This document shows, piece by piece, positions 24,561-37,347 of a stretch of 64,000 bases of DNA. The stretch spans positions 17,084,912 to 17,148,911 of the forward strand of contig NC_092675.1 of NCBI RefSeq assembly GCF_964355755.1, given 5' to 3'. The first letter of the stretch is position 1. Each line of letters begins with the position of its first letter. The translations under genes and the position numbers were made by a program. This stretch comes from Antedon mediterranea (lineage: Eukaryota; Animalia; Echinodermata). The notes under the pieces were generated by a model. That model had not been told where the DNA came from. It searched no databases and saw only the letters and a program-made list of their open reading frames with translations.

Positions 24561-25895
24561 TAATCAAGTATGAATGGAGCAGACTTAGCAATTCCCACAC
24601 ATATATCAACCAAGGGATTCCAGTCGATGTAATATATCTCGACTTCCAGAAAGCCTTATGGGTCATAACACCAAGCATTTCGAATACAAGATGGAAGAAA
24701 CTGTACTTGAGAATGTTCATAAAGAAAAGGATCTCGGCATTATAATTGATGCATCTCTGAAACTTGTATGTGTAGTTGCCATTAAAACACCAAATCGGGT
24801 GCTTGGCTGTATCAGTTGTTAAAGTCCCATTCCCTACATTTTTTAGATCTAATTTAAGGTCACAAACTACATTGAATGTAAAAATAAATATTATATGGTC
24901 CTATTGAGATAAATTTGTTGTCTTTAAACGGTTAAAAACGTAAAAAAAAATAAGTCAATTCTAGTAATTTTAGCGGCCCGCTATAAAACACAAAATGCAT
25001 TGCGCGTGGATTGATATTTTTGTTTTTCTTCTGTAATTCACTCACGTTTCGATCGATCGTAAGGCCAACACAAATAGAAGACTAACTTTTCAGCGAATAT
25101 ACCGGGTTTTTCCCAATTTATATCATTGGAGTCTGGCAAAAAGAGAAAGACAAATAATGCAGCAACTATACAACGTCAGGCTAGGTATATAGCTAGCGTA
25201 CGATGTTTGTCCGTTACCAAGCAAGGCTAGGTCTAAAGACCGTCCACGAGAGGTTATTCGCCACGATCTACTTAGGTAGTGCATTGTTTCTCACTTTTTA
25301 TCATAATTTACCATAAAACGTACATTTAAGACAAGGAATGATCTGGTTTAATGTTTTAAAAGTAATATACTGTATATGTATTATTTTTACAAAACGTCAC
25401 CGTATTGTAGGGAAGGTGTCTTTAATATCAAGTGTTTATGGGGCTAGTTAGGTCACATCTGGAATTTTATGTCCAGTCTTGGTCTCCACAATATACTGTA
25501 GCAAAGATATCACTTTGTTGGAAAAGGTTCAGGGACGAGCTAAAAAAATCTCTATAAACGTATGACGGAGCTAAGCTGACAACTTTGGAGGAGAGAATAA
25601 CTAGAGGGGACCCCATTGAAACATTTTAAGAGGAAAAGAGGATAATAATAGAGATTTACTTTGATTGTCTATAATTGGTTCAGTTATATTACTAGAGGTC
25701 TAGAAACTAAATAAACCACTGGCCTATTTTAAATGTAGGTGACATTTTTTCTCACAAAGGGTGGTAAATGTTTGGAACACACTTCCTGCCAACATTGTAG
25801 AAGCTGACTGAATTCAAGAAAGGTTTTAAAAAGAAGTGGGTGGGAGGCTACTAAAGGGTCTGATACGACCCCCACCAGCCACAATTAAATTGAGG
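24560..25895 (+). mobile_element. Deleted CR1-clade LINE fragment, split by a DNA element
   Basis: VDVIYLDFQKA, EKDLGIIID-like segment, then after the insertion LVRSHLEFYVQSWSP..KDITLLEKVQGRA and RVVNVWNTLP. Confidence 0.8.
24823..25421. mobile_element. Kolobok-type non-autonomous element nested in CR1
   Basis: TTAA TSD (24819-24822, 25422-25425). 16-bp TIR AGTCCCATTCCCTACA / TGTAGGGAAGGTGTCT. Partial copy at ~53437-53500. Confidence 0.85.
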
Positions 25896-26734
25896 TGGTG
25901 CAATGGTGAGTTACTATAGTACAGTAGTAGTAGGTTGGGCCTGGCCATAGTAGTACAGTATTAGTAGGCTTGGCTAGCTAGCCTTCATAATATTTAGGCA
26001 GGGTTAGTTCTACCTCCACAACTATAGTATAAGAAGATGGACAGAAACTGGTTGTTTATTTTCTCACTTAGTTGTTATCGTGGGAATTAATGCTATTCAG
26101 GTACGAATTGTAATTGATACTCATTGAATTATTGAAATAACACTGAAAGAATTAGTACACTATGGTAGGACTGGGTGGATTAAATATCGCATTTCAATCA
26201 ATTTCACGTTTGAAAGATTTGTCCATATGGAGAATAATCAATGTATTCATATTTATAGGTTAGGTTGAGTAGAATACATTTGTTCAATTCCAATCTACTC
26301 CACTGATCCAGGAATAGGCCTACTGCCCTCAAGTCGAAGGTGGGTTATATACAAAAACCAAACAATTTTTATCTTATTCAAATCTAACATAATTATGCTA
26401 TCTAGCATAATTTGGACCTATCTGGCATTTATGCTTGGCGTAATTTAGAAAATCTAGAATAATTTCAAAACCTAATGCTGCAGCATATTACCATGATCTA
26501 GCAAGTTTTTTTAAGCATATTTTTGAAAAAAAATCTAGCATAATTTTAACCGAATCTGGCATAATGGCCAAAACCTGCCAACCTTTTTTTTTGTGCTTTT
26601 CACTTTTGTGGTTCATAAAAAAAACATAACAAAAACATACACCATCCTCTGAGACATTGTATTTGTGCCATTTTGTCCATAATTGTGCCAAGCATACTAT
26701 CCACCGCTGGCCACATGCACTAAGCATATAGATT

Positions 26735-26890
26735 TATTTATTTATTTTTATTTTATATATATTTGTCCTCAAGCTTAACTGGAAACTGAGGAAATTCGGA
26801 TTAGGCCCTCCACGGACCCACGGCAGCCAGCAGTGCAGCGCCTACCATATCAGCACACCGGGAGACGATCCCCTACTCTTTTCGAATAGA
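26735..26890 (-). mobile_element. Deu/Nin-domain SINE 3' fragment
   Basis: Minus strand TTCGAAAAGAGTAGGGGATCGTCTCCCGGTGTG followed by an A-rich tail. Resembles the core at 43170-43200. Confidence 0.6.
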
Positions 26891-26997
26891 TCATTTCAGA
26901 ATCATGGCTTTTCTATGAATATCTGACATTTTCAACAGTAGGGCCTACAGTGTGTCGCATATTCTATATCCGTCCGGCTTCTAACAACCAGAGGTAG

Positions 26998-27490
26998 CAG
27001 GGGTGGTCGCAGGACTATTTTAAAGGGGTTGCCCAAGATTCCTCAGAGGGCCGTAGTGAGTATTTGTACAAAGTTTGTAACGTCCGTATAATTATTACAG
27101 AAATTTGCCCAAATTTTACGGACGTAGGGAAATGAAGATAAATATGGTACTACGGAAATACTACAAAAATGCAATGATTATGGAGAAATCAATGACCCAT
27201 ATAATGGGGTTTACCACGAACGCAATGTGTAGTGGGCCTTTCGTATCTTCTCACTCACAAGCAATCCAAACAGTCAACAAAACAAAAACGCTGACCGCGT
27301 TTTCAATCAATCAATTTATATATAGTCTTTTCCAACCCTGGACTTCTATAACATTAATGACGGTTAATATAATTATTATAATATGATGAAATGGGGTCTA
27401 AGTTTTAATTTAGTGGCAGAAAAAAACATTTAGTATGAAATTAAGGGTGTTGCCTGGGCAACTGGGGCAACACCCCTGCATCTGCCCCTG
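26998..27490. mobile_element. MITE with CAGGGG termini
   Basis: TIR CAGGGGTGGTCGCAGG / CCTGCATCTGCCCCTG. GGTAG duplicated on both flanks. Confidence 0.7.
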
Positions 27491-27670
27491 GGTAGGAATG
27501 TCTGCAATACACAGCCTACTTGAATTTTCATGAGAGTGAGAATAAGTTGTATTGGACTTTTATAGACAAAGGATTTTGTAAATGTATAGTTGCATGGTAT
27601 ATTTATCAAATAATTCTCTATAAATCACAATGAATTTAACCTTATTCTACACTAATACTAAAATAAATAC

Positions 27671-27977
27671 AGCCTTGTTCGCACTGGACTTGAAAAATGG
27701 TCAATTAACCACGGTAGTAGAAATATTTGACTGCCATTTGCACTTGGATATTTCACACAATTTTACCATCATTTTACTAAAATTCAACGGTGATGTTAAA
27801 AACGACGACTGATTCACATGTGTTAAAATGAGCCGCAAGTTCGGATTGGATTTTAACTGATTAGTTTTTTTAGACAGGCAGTGGTCAGTAAAAGTATTGG
27901 ACTTGGTTGTTGCCTGTGTGCAGATTGGACTTTCTTTGTCACTTTGACCAAATTAAGTCCAGTGCGCGATCAAGGCT
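27671..27977. mobile_element. Harbinger-like MITE
   Basis: TIR AGCCTTGTTCGCACTGGACTT / AAGTCCAGTGCGCGATCAAGGCT. Internal TTGGACTT repeats. TSD not intact. Confidence 0.7.
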
Positions 27978-28547
27978 CAATAGTAAAAATGGTTTGTTAC
28001 TCAATGTTCATTCATTGTATATTGAAAAAAAAGTGCTAGTTGTTCTGTGATCCTAACAGTGGCCACCCCTCTCCCTTCCCTTTCATCAGTCCATTGAAGT
28101 TGTAATCTGAAAATCAAAATTTCAGACGAAGTGAAATACTTTATAATGAAACCAAACCAGTGGGAGGATTTTATATTGGCGATAAAATAGAAATGGGATG
28201 TATTATACTTCTAAATTTGTTTAGAATTTTTTTTTATAAAGATCAAATTGCACCCTATTTTTTATTCAAAATAAGATTGTTCCAGCCTTGGTGATTGTTC
28301 GTGTGTAATGATGTAATTGTTATTCATGGCGAGTTCGAATGGTTCACACCTGTATAGTTGTTTGGATTGCAAGAAAGTAAAGATTACTTTTTCTCACTAA
28401 AACAATAACTGGTATGTTGTTTTTTTCCCTTAAATTCAATATTGACATGTTCCATAGTATAAAACATCCTACACACATAGAATTTAGGGGACTTTTCTAA
28501 AGTATAGTGCATTTTTTATTGACCATTAACTTTAATTTAGAAATGAA

Positions 28548-28665
28548 TGATGTGCCCATATATGGACATGATGATGTCATATCACTACCATATTTGGGTA
28601 TATCACTACCCCATATTTTCACATCACATTTTTTTGTTAAGCTAGTTTGATAAGTATACAGAGCT
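28548..28665. mobile_element. Truncated copy of AGCTCTGTCTACAC MITE family
   Basis: Internal GGACATGATGATGTCATATCACTACCATATTTGG and end ..ACAGAGCT|TTA shared with 30920-31054. Confidence 0.7.
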
Positions 28666-29224
28666 TTAGGATGACAATTCCGATTCTTGATTGATCTGAA
28701 CAAAATATGACCTTGAATAAAAGGTATAAAAACTGTCGCTTTACTAGAAAGTAATACAATAATTAGTACGGTCAGCCGAGAAATCTAAACTGAGATGATT
28801 CCTTCCAAATTATAATGATGTGTAAATTTTGTGTATGAAATTTATGCTGGTTATATTTTATTATTGCTGGTACAATATTTTCAATAAATAACCAGACAGT
28901 TATTATATAAACTTCTAAATATAGAAATGTAGCTATAGATAATTTAAATGTATGCCTGTGTACCAAATAGATTTATGTACTGTAATTACTTAGAGATTGA
29001 ACTTCAATGTAATCACAGCTCAAAATGTGACCAGGAATACATGACTTTGGCCAATCAAATACACAGTCATGTCCCTACTCAGTCACACACCCCACCACTA
29101 CGACTGTGTTATAGTTATACAGTATAACGCAATAATGTATTCACCCTCGAATGATGAAATTGAAGAAATTTACCAAGAATTTATTCATCTTATCAAATTT
29201 ATTTTAAAAACTATTAATAATTAA

Positions 29225-29537
29225 AGATATGTTATCGCCCCTAAACATTTTCTGGGTCAAATTTGTTGTTGAATATGCCGTTTTAATGTCGCATAACAGT
29301 TATTCACTTTGACCAAAAACTGGATAGAAAAAAAAATTATTTACCTGTAAAAAATTTCACTTAAAGCAAAAAATCTGTCAGACAATGGTTTTTGGTTAAA
29401 TTTGACTGTTTCTGTCCTTTATAAGTGAATTTTGTTTATTTTTTACAGAAGTGAACTTTATTAAAACTTCAAAATGGCCTATTTAAAGTCTGATTTCATT
29501 AATCTTCATTTTTCATGTTTTTGGGGGATAATACACT
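29225..29537. mobile_element. Kolobok-type MITE (TTAA|AGATAT.. family)
   Basis: TTAA then AGATATGTTATCGCCCC, ending GGGGGATAATACACT. Inverted relatives end ATATATCTTTAA at ~49158 and ~53620. Confidence 0.6.
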
Positions 29538-30919
29538 TTCAATATTTTTAATAATATATATATATATATATATATTACGGTAATATAATTGGCATCAATT
29601 AGTTTCTCTATGTCAATCTGGAATTAAATCAACCATCAACTTGGAAAGGAATATGTTTGGCAGTGTTACAGCTAATTTTTAGCGTTTCTAAGCTACATAT
29701 TTTTGTTATTGGATGAGGTATCATTTTGTGACAATGCAATTTTAATCCATTTAGCACAATAGGCCATGGGCTAAATTATGATATATTGCCCTCTATTGGT
29801 GAATCTTCTTATAACAAGCGGTTAAAATAAATTTCCATAGGTGATTTTTAACCACCATTTAACGCATCTGTTTTTACTGCTACCAAACAAAAATTGGAAA
29901 CAATTGACTTTCTTTTCACACACCTTTAACCAGATGTCAAAAAAAGTTTAACCAGCCACCTTTTTTTAACCAGTTAATCGGTTTCAATCACCCTTTTTAA
30001 ACCTGTCAAACGGTTTTAATCACCTTTTTTTTTTATCATTTAACCACCTTCTAACCTATAGTTATTAACCAACATAACCACATTTTAACTAGTTAATGAC
30101 CATTCCATAATCAAATAATTTTAATTTACATTTTATATTGCTGTAGGCCTATTAGTAATGCTATACCGTACTTAATTAGCATTCAATCAAAGGTATATAA
30201 TAATTAATTGTATTCATTAGTTTATGATTTGTTATTATGAAATGTAGACAATGATAAAGATTATTCAAAATAAATAGAAGAATAATTACAGAAGGTACGT
30301 GCACACAAGTTGTTAATTAAAATCGTAAGTGTGATATGAATTGAGAAAGGGGTGACAGTAGGTGAAGCAGGATGATTTTAAGGGGAAATCATTGTCAAAA
30401 TCAATCACCACCTGCCCTTCAAGTTGTCAATAGTTAGTGAAATGACCCCGATTTCCACACATGATTTTTACATTGATTCAATATTAACGATCAAAAATTG
30501 AAAAGTATGATATTTGGACGAGTAGCCGTGGAACAAATTTCTGTATTTTTCAGAGTTTCATGAACCTTATTTCCACACATTCTACATCAACCTAATTGAA
30601 ATGAAAAATAATATTTGGAAAAGTGACAAACCCGGAATTCATGTGTTCTGCCAAAATAGAAGTGTTTTTGGGTTTAGGGTTGTAGGGCAGCTGTTTGGTA
30701 GTTGTATGGTACACTGGCATTGTATGGTAGTTGAATAATATTTGTATGGTAGATGTATAGTAATTATTAATACTTGACTGACTTAAAATTATATATTCAA
30801 TTTGTTCATTACAGTAAATAGGTAAACTTTAAATACATAAGATAAAAAACTGAAATTTGTTGTCTTTTTTTTTTAAACAGGCCTACACCAAATGTTGTGC
30901 CATCAAAGTAACATTGTTA

Positions 30920-31054
30920 AGCTCTGTCTACACTAACTAATTTGACAGTGTAATGTGCTTAAATATGGTAGTGATATTTCCAAATATGGTATAGTGATAT
31001 GACATCGTCATGTCCATGGGTACATCACATAAATTTGATCGTGTAGACAGAGCT
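30920..31054. mobile_element. PIF/Harbinger (Tourist-like) MITE
   Basis: Perfect 14-bp TIR AGCTCTGTCTACAC. TTA TSD on both sides. Confidence 0.88.
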
Positions 31055-32697
31055 TTAAACTTTAGTTAGCTTTAGTCTAGTCAATTTAACAGAAGAGCTC
31101 CTTGATATGTTATGAAGAACTTTTGTTGATGTTTTAGCTGGTATAGTAGTATACATTATATTCAATTCTTTTCTAGGTCTGTTTTTTTTTTTTTTTTTTT
31201 AATTGGGAAAAAAATTGTTTTGGAAGAGTTTCTGGTTTTGTAAGAATTCCAGATTTTGAGAACAATTCTAGACCTATCTTACCTATCCTATTAAATAATG
31301 TTTGCTTATTTTTGGTTTCTGGTTATGCTGGAGAGTGGTTGTGTGAGTGTTGGATGTTTGGATCAAATTTGACTCTGAGCCAAGTGAGTGGCGCCTCTGG
31401 TCTTTAATGACATCCATGTTTTCCATTAACCAATTCATGCATAGAAATGTATGAATCAAAAGTAATAATTGTGTAACTATCATCAATTCGTATAAACGGA
31501 CATGGTGTTTTTTTTTTCGTGGTAGCTACGGTCCTTGAAAAATATTTTTCTATATTGGTCTATGCAAGTTACACTTACACATAACCGATTTTTGTTTTTA
31601 TAAAAATAGTATATTTTCTTAGTAGTTTAACCAATCAACAGACAAGACAAAAAAAAACCCAAATGTTGAATACCCTGGATGTTTCAGATTATATGCTACA
31701 GTATTAATGAAGAAATAATTATTTAATTTATTTTATATATATTCAAATAATATGCCCATAATAAATGTTTATTTAAAGCCCAAACAATTTCTGTAGAGCA
31801 TTATTAAATAATACTCTTAATGAGTTAATAGTACCTTTATTGAAGTTATTCCAAAGTGTCATACAATACACATTTAAAATGCTTTTAATCTTCATGTTGG
31901 ATTTTGGCAGTTTTGTCCTTTGTCCTGCCATTGTTTTGGTCATCAAGAATGGCCCAACCATAGATGTTTAAAGGCATAACATTAGTTTCCTTTAGATCCA
32001 TTTTAGGAACTGGAAATCTGTGGTTACACTATTTGGAGGTGCACACTTTTACTTGGTGACAGTGTGTGTACATATGCTGCTTTTATTGCATATAGACTTG
32101 TCTATGATTTTTTTTTTATTATTCTGCCCTAATGATTTACCATACATAAATAAAACTACGTCAGTAGTTGTAGCTAAGGCAATTTTTATTTTATAATAAT
32201 ACATAACGGTAATAGCATTGTTTACTAACACAGAAAATGACATCAATATTAATAGGATTAAAAATGTCTGGTTACCAAATATGGTAACTGTTAAAACCAT
32301 ATTTAGACAGTCTGAATGCATGATGACGGTCGTAGATGATCCATATGGTGGACTTACATTGGTTAAAATAGCCTGTATCATAACTGTATTCATAATATAA
32401 TGTTTACCACAGCTGTTAAAACTAATATATTATATAACAACACCATTTTAATATATTTAAACAAGGATTGTTAATTTCTAAATTTTATTTAGTATAAATT
32501 AAAAAATAATTCTAGGGATTTAAAATTTCAATTTTAAAGTATTTTAAAATTATTGTGTTAATTTTAGAATGAAATAAATAATGTACAAGTTTTATAAGAT
32601 TTGTGCGAGATTCTAAACTTCAATTGGCCTGAAATGAATTAGAGGTAGATATGATATTCATATCAACCAACATGAAGTATACAGTAGTTTTCACTAA

Positions 32698-34021
32698 AGC
32701 TTGGTTCTCACTAGTAATGCAATGTAAGGATGTAGACGTAATGCAAGCGAGTTGAATAATGACAAGCGCCAGGTTCTCACTAGTAACGCAATGTAAGGAT
32801 GTAGACGTAATGCAAGCGAGTTGAATAATGACAAGCGCCAGGTTCTCACTAGTAACGCAATGTAAGGATGTAGACGTAATGCAAGCAAGTTGAATAATGA
32901 CAAGCGCCAGGTTCTCACTAGTAACGCAATGTAAGGATATAGACGTAATGCAAGCGAGTTGAATAACGACAAGCGCCAGGTTCTCACTAGTAACGCAATG
33001 CAAGGATGTAGACGTAATGCAAGCGAGTTGAATAATGACAAGCGCCAGGTTCTCACTAGTAACGCAATTTAAGGATGTAGACGTAATGCAAGCGAGTTGA
33101 ATAATGACAAGCGCCAGGTTCTCACTAGTAACGCAATGTAAGGATGTAGACGTAATGCAAGCGAGTTGAATAATGACAAGCGCCAGGTTCTCACTAGTAA
33201 CGCAATGCAAGGATGTAGACGTAATGCAAGCGAGTTGAATAATGACAAGCGCCAGGTTCTCACTAGTAACGCAATGTAAGGATGTAGACGTAATGCAAGC
33301 GAGTTGAATAATGACAAGCGCCAGGTTCTCACTAGTAACGCAATGCAAGGATGTAGACGTAATGCAAGCGAGTTGAATAATGACAAGCGCCAGGTTCTCA
33401 CTAGTAACGCAATGCAAGGATGTAGACGTAATGCAAGCGAGTTGAATAATGACAAGCGCCAGGTTCTCACTAGTAACGCAATGCAAGGATGTAGACGTAA
33501 TGCAAGCGAGTTGAATAATGACAAGCGCCAGGTTCTCACTAGTAACGCAATGTAAGGATGTAGACGTAATGCAAGCGAGTTGAATAATGACAAGCGCCAG
33601 GTTCTCACTAGTAACGCAATGTAAGGATGTAGACGTAATGCAAGCAAGTTGAATAATGACAAGCGCCAGGTTCTCACTAGTAACGCAATGTAAGGATGTA
33701 GACGTAATGCAAGCGAGTTGAATAATGACAAGCGCCAGGTTCTCACTAGTAACGCAATGTAAGGATGTAGACGTAATGCAAGCGAGTTGAATAATGACAA
33801 GCGCCAGGTTCTCACTAGTAACGCAATGTAAGGATGTAGACGTAATGCAAGCGAGTTGAATAATGACAAGCGCCAGGTTCTCACTAGTAACGCAATGCAA
33901 GGATGTAGACGTAATGCAAGCGAGTTGAATAATGACAAGCGCCAGTTCGGATAACCCATCGTTTGTGTTTGGTCAATCACTTACGGTTTGCTTGTGTTGC
34001 GTCTATAGTGGGAACCAAGTA
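32698..34021. mobile_element. Harbinger-type MITE expanded by internal tandem amplification
   Basis: TAA|AGCTTGGTTCTCACTA ... TAGTGGGAACCAAGTA|TTA. Unexpanded relative at 36350-36477. Confidence 0.8.
32703..33944. repeat. Tandem array, 69-bp unit, 18 near-identical copies
   Basis: Unit GGTTCTCACTAGTAACGCAATGTAAGGATGTAGACGTAATGCAAGCGAGTTGAATAATGACAAGCGCCA. Starts at 32703, 32772 ... 33876. Confidence 0.97.
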
Positions 34022-36349
34022 TTACTTTATACGTAGCACCCTAACTTTAAATTGCATTTATTATATCATTAATAAATAAAATTAAAATGCATAGAAAATT
34101 GAGTTGTGTTCTGAGACTACAATGTGATACAATAAAAAATTACATCATTCTCTAACATTCACTTATTAAGGATTAAAAAACCACAACTGTGTTGTTTGTA
34201 TCAAGTTGAATGTAATCTATGAATGAATGGTTACTACCACTTAGACTTTGGAAATTAGCCAAGCAGGTTAAAGGAGTGAAATTATCTGGGTTACTACAAT
34301 TAGTTTACTTAACAAGCATAATTACCCACATTCAGTATCAGGCAAGTTTGTAATTTAAATCAATTATTAAATCAGGGAACGATTAAAATTGTGTCTATCA
34401 ACATTTAGGCTTTAATCTAAGTGTCATGTTCGTTCACCCTAAAAAAAAAACGTCCACTACATTTATTTGAATGTATGTTTACATCATGTTTGTTTCTAGG
34501 CCCATAGCCAAAAACTGAATAGGTTTAGTTACTTTCCAGGGGGCACTGCTATCACTTAACAGGCATTTTATAATGTTTTATATTACAAAACAAAAGTGTA
34601 AAAATGTGGTAGGTAGTATAAAAGTTGTATTTTGCTACACAATAAATGAATATCGTTAAAGTACTTAAGGGAAAATTTAGGAAGTACTTGACATCACAAC
34701 ATCCTTGTAACATAAGTTCACATTCATTATCACTCTACTGTGTTTACATAAGCTCCCTAGGTATTATAATTGTGGATATTATTGATTTAATACAAGCTAC
34801 CCAGGAGAAAGTATGTGCAATTAACTATAATGTTCATGTTAAGGAGGTCTAGATTCAATTTAGTCGCATGTTCTTACCAAAAAATCTATGTATGCTCATT
34901 ATATAACCTGTCCATATTAAAATTATTTTTCAGTATGAACACCAAGTAACCATGATTTGACAATTTTTAAGCCAAGTCTGGGTAAATATTGACTGGTATT
35001 TACAAAAAAAGAAATCAAGTGTGTACATGTCAAGTTTGGGTTTGTTGCTGGCTTGAGATTTACTAATTATTACCCTTCCCCTAAACACCCATCCCCAACC
35101 GCCAAAAGTGGGCCAAAACGTGATGACTGACGGGTTAATAAGATTTCAGGCTGAAATGTCCCTGATACTACATTATGCTCCACATTATGCTTGTTGTGGC
35201 CTAGGATAAATGATAGGCATGATATAGAATTTTAAAGTTTTATTTACAAAAAAATGTTTGGTTTAATAAAATAAAATGAGATTTGGGGAAAAGCATGTAA
35301 ATGTGTGGGAGTGAGAACTTTAGGTCAGGTAAAAGATTATTAGCCTCTTTGCACCAGAAGCATGAAACTTGATGTGTATATGTTACGTAGTTTTGTAGTA
35401 TAGATAGTTATTGATAATTCACTAATGATTGACAGAGAACCAACTACGACTGAATTATTTGTTTATCTGATGAATTAATTATTAATATTTTATATAAAAA
35501 ATGGAGAATTGTTATATTATTTTGATGTACATGTAAATAGATAATTTATTCATGTTTTCTTCACATACAATATGTAAAATTACACAAAACAATCAAATTA
35601 CTTTCAAATAATTTTATGTTGAAACCAATAATTCCAGAAAAGTATAAAAAAACAGAAGATTCACAACCAATGGGTCTAATGTGAAATATCTCCTGGTTTG
35701 TTTTCCTCTGACCTAATTCTGATAATTGTGGGAGTTTCCCAAAATTTTAAGTGATCGCTCATCTCCTGCTAAAGTCCATTTTTGTGTTAGATATTCAAAA
35801 AAGCATCTTGAAAATGCATAAATTTACAAATTTATGAATGCTCTACATTACTTAATAAACCTATTTGTACTACATAAAGGTAAAATGCGTTGCTAATGGA
35901 TTTTCCACCTTTAGTTAACAAAACACATGTACATTGCATTATTATAATTATAGTTATTGTTATTACTTATTACTATTACTTATTACTTATTATTACTTTA
36001 GGTATAGATGGCAATGCCCAGGGTTTTTGTTAAATAGCACTCTTAGGGTTTGGATGCATTTAAACAACAGTGATTGTGGGCCATGCTTTTAAGTCTCCGG
36101 TATTTTATTTTTGGGCCTGCTGACCCACTGGGTCATTAAGGCCGACCCACAAAGACCAGCTGTAGTTTTGTATAGCTTACATGCCATAACACACCTCGTC
36201 TTGATGCATGCAGAGCCTAGTGCATGGTGAGAATTTGCCACTGACTCACTAGGTACAATCTACCCTGCGGTGTTTTTTACTACCAATTTTATGGTGAGCT
36301 AGCACTAAATCAAAACATATTTGGAAATGATATCCTTCATTCAAAATAA

Positions 36350-36477
36350 AGCTTGGTTTCCACTAGGACACAGCACAATTATTGTGCGATCGTGACTTGT
36401 CCAGACTATTTTGTTATTGGTAAACTCACTTGTGTTGCAACTATGTCATTGCAGTTCGTAGAAGTATGAACAAAGCT
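36350..36477. mobile_element. Harbinger-type MITE (AGCTTGGTT family)
   Basis: TAA TSD on both sides. Termini AGCTTGGTTTCCACTA / AGTATGAACAAAGCT. Confidence 0.7.
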
Positions 36478-37099
36478 TAATGGTAATTTAAGTTACGTTT
36501 TAGAACGACATTAACATTGCAAAATTTAAATTTCTGTATACAAGTACCCCAAATGTGACTATAGATGAGGAATTTAAATGTATGTGTATTCCTGAGTCCA
36601 AGAGATTGTATAAATATGTTTTCAGTTGTCGTGACTGTGTTCACTTGTGGTAATACAGTATATGAAAGTAATATTGTATAATATGGTACAGTAGGAATTA
36701 TTGATGAGTGTAGGTAATTAATTGACCTTCCCTCAGGGATGGAGATTCTGAAAGTATTTAACCAATTATTCAGAAACTTTTTTTATACTTAAGGGCAAAA
36801 ATTGGCACTTGTTGACATGATCTGAAAGGTTGAGAGGAAATGTGCGGTCTGGTCATTGACGGTCAAACTATACAGAATCAAAATATTGAACAGTGGAGTC
36901 CACAACTTGAATTAATTGTTTGAAAATTGTTTTTTTTTTTAAGGTTTTGTTTTAGTTTTCTAAAATTTGAATAGAATTTTTTAATAATCTAAACATTAAT
37001 AATAACAAAAATTAATGGATTTACTAATGATAATTAGTTACAGTAAGTGTTAAACAAAATACTGTACAGGAAAATGAGGATAGGGGCTAAACAGGTGTA

Positions 37100-37344
37100 T
37101 TAGGGCGACAGTGTAGTGACCTGGGAGACATCCACCTACTCTTTTGAGCATATCAAGTTTGTTGTAATGCACACATGACCTACAGCTTAATATCCCATTC
37201 AAGGGACTTTAATTTCATATGTATTCTGATTCATTGTTTTCGTGCATACTTTTGTGTGTACCCAATGTTTTAACTTCTCATCTAAAGGATGTAGAAGGTT
37301 AGTATTAAAAAGAGTCTAGCTTTAAGGACACATGGCAACATGAC
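37100..37344 (-). mobile_element. Degraded Deu/Nin-domain SINE fragment
   Basis: CTGGGAGACATCCACCTACTCTTTT..GCACAC..GACCTACAGCTT resembles the reverse complement of the SINE core at 43100-43200. Confidence 0.45.
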
Positions 37345-37347
37345 ATT

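Noticed and set aside
28035-28107. Possible minus-strand terminal exon after TTTTCAG, and ORF 31283-31486
   Set aside because: No recognisable protein and no consistent partner exons.
32620-33980. 426-aa and 303-aa ORFs
   Set aside because: Artefacts of a 69-bp (3n) stop-free unit derived from a MITE end; no splice or domain evidence.
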